A stretch of 64,000 nucleotides of DNA from Octopus sinensis (lineage: Eukaryota): the NCBI RefSeq assembly GCF_006345805.1, contig NC_043009.1, positions 56,234,001-56,298,000 on the forward strand. The letters run 5' to 3'. The position numbers were made by a program, and so were the translations under genes. Positions 45,478 through 57,500 of this stretch are shown here, one piece after another; position 1 is the first letter of the stretch, and each line of letters begins with the position of its first letter. A model generated the notes under the pieces. The model did not search any database, was not told the DNA's origin, and worked only from the letters and a program-made list of their open reading frames with translations.

Positions 45478-48400
45478 TCACATTCTCTACATTCATGAAT
45501 CATCAACCTCTTGCAGCAAAATTTTCATCTCTCCTTTTCATTAATGTCAGTGATGGTCAGTGTTCTTGAGTTTCATACACCCCACCACCACCACCATTAT
45601 TAATAACCTGTTGATTCATCCTGATACACTACTTTGTAATCCACAACACCTTATACCTCTGATCCTCTCATCACGTATGCCTACCTCTAGCCTCTCTCCT
45701 AACAACCTACTACTGTTCCTTGCTCTCCCTCTTTCTTCCAGTCTTTTCCAGACCTGTCTCTTAGCTTTTATGGCTCTATTTACTTCACTATTCCATCACT
45801 ATGCCACCTTCATATTTCTTTATTACCCACAAGGGTAAACATAGAAGGGACAAACAAGGACAGACAGAGGGATTAAGTCAATTACATCAACCCCAGTGCG
45901 TAACTGGTATTTAATTTATCAAACCTGAAAGGAGGAAAGGCAAAGTTGACCTCGGTGGAATTTGAACTCAGAACATAACAGCAGACAAAATACCTATTTC
46001 TTTACTACCCACAAGGGGCTAAACACAGAGAGGACAAACAGATTAAGTCTACTATATCGATTCCGGTGCGCAACTGGTACTTAGTTTATCATCCCTGAAA
46101 GGATGAAAGGCAAAGTCGACCTCAGCGGAATTTGAACTCAGAACGCAACAGCAGACAAAATACCGCTGAGCATTTCGCCCAGCTCACCACCTTTTCACTA
46201 TGTCACCTTCCATCAGGGAGAAATTTTGCTTCTTACACATATTTGGTCTTACTTGCAGCAGGTTGTCTTATAGAGAATTCCAGTTGTCCTCTGTGTTGTA
46301 AGTCCTTCTCACCATATTCATCTACTGGTACTTCTTTAAGCTTATATCTGTCCAAGGGAAAGTGATATCCCATGCTAGAAAGTGAACCAAATATACACAT
46401 GCACATTTCAGGTTGTATCAAAAGTAATTCATCCAGCTAATAAACAAATACTCCAATACAACTACTAACCCTCTGGTATATTATAGTCTCCTTTACTCTT
46501 TTCCATTTTTACTACTTTTATGTCTGCTTCTCTGAACTTAAGTATGACAAAAATGTTTGGTAGGTTGACGGAACAAAAGTCTGCGCTCAAATACAAAGAT
46601 TTTTATTAATCATTAAGAAAAAAATGTTCCTGCTTCAACTATATCTAGACCTGTTTGACTCATTTGTCTCTTGTCTTTCTACCACCTCATCATGTGTTTC
46701 ACTTGTTGATTCCATTCTAAATATTAATCTACATCCTTCTTTGTTAGGCATATAACACCACTGAAAACTCTTACCTATTTGTGTTTCCCTTCAGTAAATC
46801 ATCTGTAAGACTCAAACTAAATGTTAACAGTGTCAATCTCATCAAAATATGTCCTCTGTCTTGGAAGTCATAAAAGACTTCTGTGCACAACATCAACCTG
46901 CTCAACATGATTTACTGTCCCAGCATCCTCATATTTTTCACTTTATTTTTTTTTTATACCATCTGTTTTTTTATTTTGTAATGAAACAATTAGGCATGGC
47001 TTTTTGGATGCTGACTATTTGGTATGGCTGAATGGACATTTCACCTGTTTTAATGATGGTATGTTTTGGCACTGGAGGCAAACACACACATTATGTGCGC
47101 ATAGAAATATACACATACAGGTAAAGTGAGAGAAAGAAAGAGAGAGACATTATACATACATAAAAACATAACTAGATGCTCACTCATTTAAACAAAGAGA
47201 GGAAGAGAGAGAGAGAGAGAGAGAAGTAGAACAAGAGAAACATTAAAATGCCTGATGTCAAATAAGTCTGTGTCAAATCAGTGAAACCAAATAAGCAGTG
47301 CCGAAACAGCTGTGCCAAAACATCTCATGCCATCTATTTTTTGCTTTTTTAAAAAATTTTCATTTATTTTGTAATGATGATGTATTTCTTCTTTCTGTTT
47401 TTACATGTTTGTCTTTTGTTATCTTTAAACAATTATATTTTAGGTTGGGACCACTTCTCCAAACACCATGAGATTATTACCATTAACTGGAAAGACACAA
47501 AAGGTAAAACAAATTTACCTGATGATTTTTAACTCTTTTGATACCAACCTGCCTGAAACCGCCTCTGGCTCTGTAGTACAAATGTCTTGTTTTCAAAAGT
47601 TCTGAATTAAAATTTCCCACCAAACCTTAGTCACAGTTTATGTTCCTAACACTAACTTAATGATAATGAAGTTATTTTACTAAATTCTTTGTTATGTTTA
47701 AAATTAATTGAAAGAAACACAGCATCTCAACAGAAATATGGTAACAAAAGGATTAATCCCATTACTAACCCTAAATGTACCTCTTTTTTTTAAAATCTTT
47801 ATATATTTCTTCCTACAAAATCAAACAGCTACAATCTGGTTTAACAAATATGCTTTTTGTCAGAAAGTAAATTGCAGTCAGGTACAGCTAACCATCACTC
47901 CTGAGTGGTTATGGCTTGGGAAGAAGTACCGTACTTTTCCTTCTTGTTTTAGATACTTGTGCAGTTACAAGTAGACAAGGACACCTTAACCTCTTTAACA
48001 ATGTTTGATATATGTATAGAAGAGATACACAGAAATAATGTCAATTTTCTGAAGATTGTTTAATATTTCTAATTCACACACATATATATACATAAAATAT
48101 ATTTTTTTTATTTCAGATTGCAATTGCTGATAATAATGGAGTTGTTCAATGTTTTGGAGTGAAGAAACAAGAAATAATTGTATGTACATTGCTTGGTATT
48201 GCACAACAGGAATTGTTGGGGGAGCTGCATATGTACATGTGTGCACATGTGCATGTATGTGTGTGTGTTTGCTGTTAGAATCAACTTTATATCCTTTCTT
48301 ACTGAGATGTTAAAAAAAAACATCACATTAATTCTAAAGTCTACTTTCATTTTCATTAATAATATTTTCTTGTCCTAAAAGCTGTATCAAAATAAATTTG

Positions 48401-49190
48401 TCTCTCTTTCTCTCTTTAAGCCTGTATTCAAGACATTGCCTTCCCAGAAAATATCAAGACTTAAACTTGGAGGTGCTCATGAAACCTCAAAAAGCAATAT
48501 TTTTGTAGCATGTGGCTCTGAAGTGTGGGGTTTTTCCAAAAAAGGAAAGCAGTTTCTGTTATTCAACACCAATTTGTCAGAGAATATTGAGTCAATGTAT
48601 GTATTTATTTGGATTAAATTATTGTTATTGTAATGTTTATATAGATGTTTGTACACTCTATGTATAGTGTAGTTTTTATGTGCTTCAACATATTAAAGTA
48701 TCCCTAGTTATATAGCTGTCCTTTTTTGTCTGGTGTGGGACTGGGTCTAGTTTATTGCTTTTATTATCTCTTATTTTTATGTTAAGGTTTATAAGGGTCT
48801 TATATTTCATTGGATCTGGATCAAGGATTTAGTTAGTTATTGGCATCATCAGAAATTTAGTGGTTTACAGGATTAGAGATAGCTTGTAAATACAATGTGG
48901 TGGATTTGTAATATAAGTGTAATTCTTTTCTAATAGGTATGTTGATGGAGCTGATCTTTTTGTATGTGGAAGCTACATATTCACCCACTACCAGGAATGT
49001 AATGATATAAATAACATATTGTGTGGTGACCGTATAAATGATGTTATTTGTTTACCAAAAACGAAGCAAGAAATGATCACTCCAGTTTTGGCATCTAGAG
49101 ACCGACTTCTACTTGTTGTTCAGGTTTGATATATACAGATAAACATACATATCTATCTCTATATATGTACATATATACTTATATAATATC

Positions 49191-49221
<31 letters not shown>

Positions 49222-50986
49222 TTAATAAGGGTAGAATTTGATGTTAATCAATTAAAACCAGTGGCTTAGCATGCTTAAAAAATCTGAAGATTAAAAATTG
49301 TGATACATACAAAATTTCATGGTAATGGCAATTTGATGTCTATGTTTAGCATATAGGGTGTCCACTTTAGTGGTCATTCTTCTAAATTTTGTATATATAT
49401 ATAGTTAATAGAATGTCATAGAAACATTTAAACAATCAAATTTGTGTAATTTATACCTGTTATATTTCCTGTACCTCCTCTTCTTCAAAATGAATTATAT
49501 ATTTATTATTATATAAATACTAGAATATTATTTTTTTTATTAATGAAGGATTCCAATATAAAGTACCACATTGAAGTAATTGGATCTCCAACTGTCTTAG
49601 AACTCTTTGAAAACGATGGTGGTAAGTTGTAGTGAGACTAATATTTGCATTTCATTCAATTTCTTTTTCTTCTTTACTGGGGGTTTTTTGTTGTTGTTGT
49701 TTCTTTTTATCAAAAATCAGTCTATCCATATTTTTACTTTCATATTTTCTGTTTCACAATGCTAAACGAATTGGATGGGACCACTGTCACACATCTTTTA
49801 TATATTTTCAGGTTCTGAGGGAAATGAAATCATATATGGCACCAGTGATGGCTATATAGGTCATGCCCAACTCCAGAGGTATTCTCAACTTCTTAAAATA
49901 GAAATTCTGCTTTTATTTTTGGTTATTCATTAAAATATTGGTTTAATCAGATTTCACCTGCTACTAATTAGTTCACTAATATTAATTACTCTTATGTAGA
50001 AAGAGTTGAGTCAATGAAAAAAATTTTCATAATACAGTGATTCCTTAACTGTCATGGGTGTTACATTCCACCCCACCCCACCCCTGCATGATAGGTGAAA
50101 ATCTGCGAAGTAGAAAAAGTACTGTACTGTGTATTTTTTTTTTTAATTTTTATAATTTGGATTTATTTATTTTGTTATAAATACAAAACAACACCACGGA
50201 GGAATTGACAAAAGCTTAAATAATAAACCACGATAGGTGAACCGCGATATGGTGAGTGATTACTGTAACAGTTCTGTTAATTAAGAAGTTTTTTAAAAAT
50301 TTAATTTGATATGTATATGCATTAATTATGTTCAGTTTGATTCTGGAGACTTTAACTGAAGAACATTTTCTGAAATCCCTGACAACACACATACACACAC
50401 ACATATACATAATATATATGTATGTGTGTATGTGCATGCCTGTGTGTGTGTGCGCATGTGCAGTGGCCCGTCCTGGCGGGGTGCCAAGAGCACCATACGA
50501 GTGTGATCATTGACAGAGCAGCTAACCGACTTCTGTGCCAGTGACACTTAAAAGGCACCATTCGAGCGTGATCGTTACCAGCGTCGCCTTACTGGCACTC
50601 GACCCCATGCTAGTAGGGTATTAAGAGCACCATCCAAGCGTGATCGTTGCCAGAGCGGCTATCAGGCCTCCGTGCTGGTGACACATAAAAGACACCATTC
50701 AAGCATGATCATTACCAGCATCGCCTTACTGGCACCTGTGCCGGTGGCATGTGTAAAAGATTCAAGCGAGGTCGTTGCCAGTACCGCCTGACTGGCCCCA
50801 TGCCGGTGGCATGTATAAGCACCCACTACACTCTTGGAGTGGTTGGCGTTAGGAAGGGCATCCAGCTGTAGAAACTCTGCCAGATCAAGATTGAAGCCTG
50901 GTGCAGCCATCTGGTTCGCCAGCCCTCAGTCATTCGTCCAACCAATGCTAGCATGGTAAGCAGATGTTAAACAACGATGACGACGA

Positions 50987-51053
<67 letters not shown>

Positions 51054-54000
51054 AAAGCTTTGGCTTAAGCATATTTCTGCCTTTCTGACTAACTGAAATT
51101 TGATTTCATATTTGTCTCTTCACCTCAAAAATTATTCTTTTAATTTTAAATTCATACTGACTTTATTTTTATTCTCCTTATTCCAGAAATGACTACAGTC
51201 ATCAATGGGAAATACCAAATTTAAAAAAAAGTGGGGGTAAGTTATTTTGTAAATGAAATTTATCCTACAGGAAGCTTATGTCTTTCTTCAGAGCTAGAAA
51301 GCACTTCAGATATGTACAGCTGATAATGTTTATTTGAAGCACAGCTGAAACTTCCATTATCTAGTTGTCTGTCTGTCAGTCTATCTGTCTCTAACTATCT
51401 ATCTGTTTGTCTGTTTTACTCAGACAACCCCATCTCTTCTCATTTTTTGCACTCTGTCTTTTGGGGTTTTTTCCTATTTTCATCTTGAATATCCTTTTGT
51501 CAAGAGCAAATTGGCTGATCGACAAACAGAAATCAATAAGTATGAAACTGAAATAAGCACTGATGGGGTGAGGGTGTCAATATGATCAACTAACAACTAT
51601 CAGATATGATTGTGCCTATAGCCACACCTATGTTTAAATATACAATGTGCATGTAGGCACAATGCACATATAGCTACACCTGTGCCTTTTGATGAACTTA
51701 AAAAAGCCAGTAGGGAGTCTCTTGAGAAACTGTTTCATGATTTATTGACTGCTCCTCAGATAAAAAAAAAACATACCCAGTTTCCGTCCCCAGTTCATAG
51801 CATAGCCTCTATACTATCAGCACTCCATGCCATAGTGTACAGCTGCTATATTAATCATTGTTACAGGTAAGGATGTCTAATATTTAAATTTATTTTGATA
51901 TTCTGATTCATATTGTATTATGCATTAAATAAACTGGAAATTTATACATTTTCATTTGATTTTTCTTTTCAATTATTTATTTTCTTTTTTTTTTTTTGCC
52001 TTAGGTATCTCCTGCTTAAATATGTTTGATATAACAAGTGATGGTGTTCCAGATGTTCTTGTTGGGCGTGATGATGGACTTATTGATGTTTATGCTTTTG
52101 ATGAATTTAGAGAACCTGTTCAAAAATACTCTCATGTAATTATTTTGTCTTTCTCTTCTGCAAAATATGTTGAACTACATATTCAAAATGTGTAAAAAAA
52201 TGTTCATAATACAAAAATAAAATTAAAAAATTAATAATTAATGAAGCTGTGTGGGTAGGTAGTTCACCTTGTAACCATGTTGTTTTGGGGTTCAGCAAGT
52301 GTCTTCTACTTTTGGCCTGGGTTGGCTGACTAGGTTCTAGGTAAATTCCACCATGGAAAATTCCACCAGAAAAATTTCATCATAGGTTAAATTCCTTCTG
52401 CTAATAATCACCGTGGTCAGTTTCTCTAGACCCTGGGTCAATATCTATGTTATTTAATCTGTCTATCTCTCAAGTCTTAAGAAGAAAGAGTGAGAGAGAG
52501 AGAGAGAGTCTGAAGGTGAGACAGAAAATAATCTTTATAATCTACTTGAATTGAGATGGGATCACTTTAATGTATTCCTATCAAGCAAGAAACTATGAAA
52601 AAGACGCATCACAAAATTTCAAAAATAATATAATTTGGGATAAAGAAAGAAAAGATTACATTTTAGCACACATTTTATTATAACATTAGGATAAAAAATA
52701 ACAGTGAGTACATTACTGTGAAGAAGAGTTAGGATAAGAAAGTTTAATTTATTTTTTAAAAAATTTCTTAAGACAAATTGTGTGCAATACTTCTTAAAAA
52801 TTGCAGAGGGTCTTCATTTTGATATTCCTGAACTAGCTTCTTCAGTCGTGCATCAATAATTTGATAGGTCTTTTTTTTTTATTGTTGAGTCTTCATGTCA
52901 AACGTGTGCAATTTTTGTCTGGCTTCATCCTACCTCAGATTTAAGGGCAGTGCATAGTTTCCACAAATTTGGATGTGTGGATGTTAGTGATGAGCGCAAA
53001 GCATTGTGGAACCTTTCTAAATAATGATTTGATAATGATGGTGATGGTGGTGATGATGATGGCAGCAGTGGCGACGACGACGACGATTTCACCTATGGTG
53101 AAATTTACCATTGTGGAATATACCGTGGTGGAATTTACCTTTGGTGAAATATATAATTGTGCAGGGAACACTTGGAAAGGGAAGATGTGGGGTTAAGTGG
53201 TTGAAAGGATTTTCAGATGTTGGGCCTCACAGGGGATGACAGGAGACTGAAATTCCTGGCAGTTTGCTGTGCTTGAGAAGACATCAAACTATGTAAAGAG
53301 CATGGTTGTCCTTGCATACAAGCGTGTCTCCTGCATCTCTCTTCTTCGACTGAGTGTTCCTAATCTGGTGGGCTCATGGGTGCTGGTGCCATGTGAAAGG
53401 CACCTGTACCAGTGCCACATAAAAGCACCCATGCTGGTGCTGTGTAAAAGCACCCAGTATGGTCTGTGAATTGGTTGGTGTTTGGAAGGGCATCCAGCTG
53501 TAGAAATCATGCCAAACAGAGATGGACACCAGGCAACTCTTCAGCTGGCCAGCTCCTTTCAAACCGTCCAACCCATGCCAGCATAGAAAACAGACATTAA
53601 ATGATGATGGTGATGATTATGATAATGTGTGTGTGTGAAGGTGCATGTCCTGGTGGTTAGAGTATTGCACCCATGATCACTAGAACATGGGTTCCATTCC
53701 CAGACTGGAATTGTGTTCTTGAGTAAAATACTTCATTTCACATTCCAGTCCACTCAGCTGTAAATGGGTAACTCTGCAATGGAATGGCCTTCCTCTCAGG
53801 GGGAATGTTGGCCTGCTTGCCTAGCCAGTGGGATAGTATCATTTGAAAGCTAAAACAACATCCAATAGTCTGGTTGATACCATACCATTATATATATATA
53901 TATATATACAGTCCATACTGTAAAGTGGTTATAATTTGGAAGGCCATCCAGCTGTAAAAACCATGCCAAAAAACTGACCTCACCTGCACTGGTGCCACTT

Positions 54001-54510
54001 AAAACACACTCAGCCCACTCTGCAGAGTGGTTGGTATTACAAAGGGCATCTAACCTTAAAAAAACTATGCCAAAACAGGCAGAAGTATGGTACAGGCTTC
54101 TGCCTGACAACTCCTGTCAAACCATACAACCCATGCCAGCATAAAAAAAGGGTGTTGAACGATGATGATGATGATATATATATATACACACACACACACA
54201 TACGTATGTGTGGTGTGTGTCTGTTCTCTTTTGCTCTTTTTTTATGCATTGCAATACACCAGAACACTGCATACAATAAGCTTATTATTATTATTATTAT
54301 TATTATTACACAGGCATGTACTGAAAGTATTACATCAATACAAGGAGGTGTTGTTAGTGCAGCTAACTATCCTGAAATTGTGTGTTCTACATATCCAGGT
54401 ATGTATGGCCATACTAATTCTGAAATCTAATATGGAACATTTTTTCTTTCTTTCCTTTTGTGTTGTTTCTAGGAGCTGATGCACTTTGTAATTTAAGAAA
54501 GCTGTTGTTG

Positions 54511-54541
<31 letters not shown>

Positions 54542-57500
54542 AATTATTGAGCTGGGTAAACAATAATGATGGTTTGAGAGATGTAGGTTTCCTTTTGGCA
54601 GAGAAATGAATAAATAAAGTAACTGAGTTACTATATGATAGGATAATTAAGCTAGACTTGGAAAATACTACGGTTACATTTATCTCTGCATGTGTTCCTC
54701 AATTGGGAGTAGCTGATGAACAAAAGGACCAATTTTATGAGTAGCCCAGCATAGAGACAGAATACCTGTAGGCTAGAAGCTGAGGAAGCATGTCCATTAG
54801 CAACTGAATGCCAATTAGTTGAGTGACTCTGCTTTGGATGTGATCCAGGCTATTAGTATGTATAGTAGTGTCACTGTCCCAGATGTGGGTGCATTGCTGC
54901 AGTGTTAGCTTTATTTGAGCCTTGTAGAGTATCAGTAGCTGTTGGAGCATGGAATATCTTTTAGTCCCGAAGAGAAGAGCCAGTCTTTGGAATGCAGTCA
55001 AAGCTGTAGTAAGAATGTGCTTTCACCAGGAGTGATCTTTGGCAATAATAGTGAGGCACAGCATTTGGTGTAACTGTGAGGTTTAGTCAAGAAAATGATA
55101 AATTTTGAAATATTTCAATGTCATGTCAATCAGTATTGACTGATAGAAATAAACTAGGAATATATATAGGCGCAGGAGTGGCTGTGTGGTAAGTAGCTTG
55201 TTTACCAACCACATGGTTCCGGGTTCAGTCCCACTGCATGGCATCTTGGGCAAGTGTCTTCTACTATAGCCTTGGGCCGACCAAAGCCTTGTGAGTGGAT
55301 TTGGTAGACGGAAACTGAAAGAAGCTCGTCGTATATATGTATGTGTGCGTGTATGTTTGTGTGTCTGTGTTTGTCCCATCCAACATCGCTTGACAACCGA
55401 TGCTGGTGTGTTTATGTCCCCGTCACTTAGCGGTTCAGCAAAAGAGACCGATAGAATAAGTACTGGGCTTACAAAGAATAAGTCCTGGGGTCAAGTTGCT
55501 CGATTAAAGGTGGTGCTCCAGCATGGCCGCAGTCAAATGACTGAAACAAGTAAAAGAGTATAGATTTTTTAAAATTCGTTTTGTAATTATTTCTATTGAT
55601 TAAACATATATAACAAGTTAATGTTATTTACAGCTCTATTCTAGAAGACAATAAGATGGATACTTAATTACAGTCTGTTACAGAAATACATTTTTAATTC
55701 TTTAAATTTTAGCTTGTGGAATATTATCGTTTCTTTTAATTATTGTTTTTTTTAAATTCAAATTTTTATTTAAAATTTCTTTTATAGGAATTGTTTCAGG
55801 TCTTACAACTAAGAAACAAATCTACCATGTAGGTCCTGATGGCTTTGCCCTGACTAATCGGGGAAAGGCTCAGATAAAGGCCTTAAGGTAACTTCTCAGA
55901 TTTTGAGAGGAATCATATTTACACTCCATTACTAAATACTGACTAACCAATATTAAATTGCATGAGGATTATGGTAATGAGGCTGAGCATGACAGTCAAA
56001 AGTACATGCATAGTACACATAAACACAAAAGACAGAAAAGTGCTTAGTAAATGAGCCGTAAGGAGGAAAGCATGCATAGGTACATCAGGAGTGATTTGCG
56101 GAAGCATGGTGTTTAAGGATATGTATCACGGAAAAACATTAAACCACATTTTTTTTTTTAATGTCATTCACATTAAATTTTGGTCAAGGTATACCCTTAT
56201 ACATTTTACAAGTAAAAGCAACAAGAAATGGCTGATAATTTCTTTCTGTAAGCAATTCCTTGGAAGAGTGGTTGAAATATAAATTTCTAGAATGTGTAAG
56301 CTCTACTTTGACTCTTTGAAAATTTTATAGAAATTTAATATTTCTCAATTTTTAACCTTTAACCTTGACAATAATCTCTCCACACTAAATGAGCTAATCA
56401 ATGTCTGAGATAGAAACATATTTAATTCACATAACTAATATATATTCTACTTACAGCATGTCTTTTTTTTAAATTTTTTCCTTTTAGGTTCTGAAGTTGT
56501 TCTTGTAACTTCAATTGTTTGCTTTTCTCTTTCTATTTTGTCTTTTGCATGCATCAATTGCTTCTAGGCTGGGTGATGGGACTGACTACTGATCCTTCAA
56601 CCAGTCATGGAGAATTGGCCTCAGATTCTTTTGACCAATTTGCTAAAACCAAAATACTTGGGCTCAAGTAGGTTCATCACTGTAGTAATTATGTTCTTAT
56701 AATTTTTACACACTAGTTTCATTTGATATAAATGTTTAAAGCACCATTTTGAATTAATAATTTATAGATCTGTGCAAGCATCAACAGTCTTTACCAAACC
56801 CCCAACACAATCTTTTGCCTCTTACTAACTTCCTAATTTGCAACAAATACCTCTCTGCTTTTACCCCAGCTTTCTAAGCTTCTTTCCACAATCTAAATAA
56901 ATGCAGACTCCAGTTGTGGAAAGGAGTCCTCGTACTGTATCTTCTCTCGACATTTCTCCTCAAATCATCACCCTCTCCTATTCTCTCTTTCAGTCATGGA
57001 GATTCTTTCCCTTTACAAGTTACAAGGTGACCTCACTAGTGTTGGTGCCACACAAAAAAATATTCAGTCCAGTCTGTGAAGTGGTTGGTGAATTGAACAG
57101 AGACAATGCAATGTTGAGAGGACTCTTTAGTCTTGCTGAGCAAAAAGGCAACTTCTCTAGTTTTGGTGCCATGAAAAAGTACCCAGTATACTTTGTGAAG
57201 TCCATACCAAAACTGAGACAATATAGCAAGACAAGGTTCTCCAACTTAACAGATCCTGTCAAAGTGACCAACCCATGCCAACTTGGAAAGCAGTTAAGAA
57301 TTAATAATGATGATGATGGTGAGAATGAAGGTGGCAGGAGTAGCAGTAATAATGATGACAATGGCTATTTTTATTGGATTGACAGAATCGTTAGAGCATC
57401 CGAAAAAATACTTTGTGGTATTTGTTCTTGCTCCTTATGTTCTAGTTCAAATCCTGCTGAGGTCAGCTTTGCCTGTTATCCTCTCGGGGCCGATTAAATA

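Noticed and set aside
47290-47325. GCCGAAACAGCTGTG resembling the hammerhead stem III of the 35048 element
   Set aside because: No upstream CUGANGA or stem II, and G at the cleavage position is not permissive.
49879-49886. Possible U12-type introns (donors gtattc, gtattt, gtatgt)
   Set aside because: None matches the GTATCCTT/ATATCCTT consensus, so they are treated as ordinary U2 introns.
56901-57497. 198-aa ORF
   Set aside because: It is a patchwork of LINE-like, family C-like and SINE B fragments plus microsatellite, and lies inside a BBS7 intron with no domain motif.
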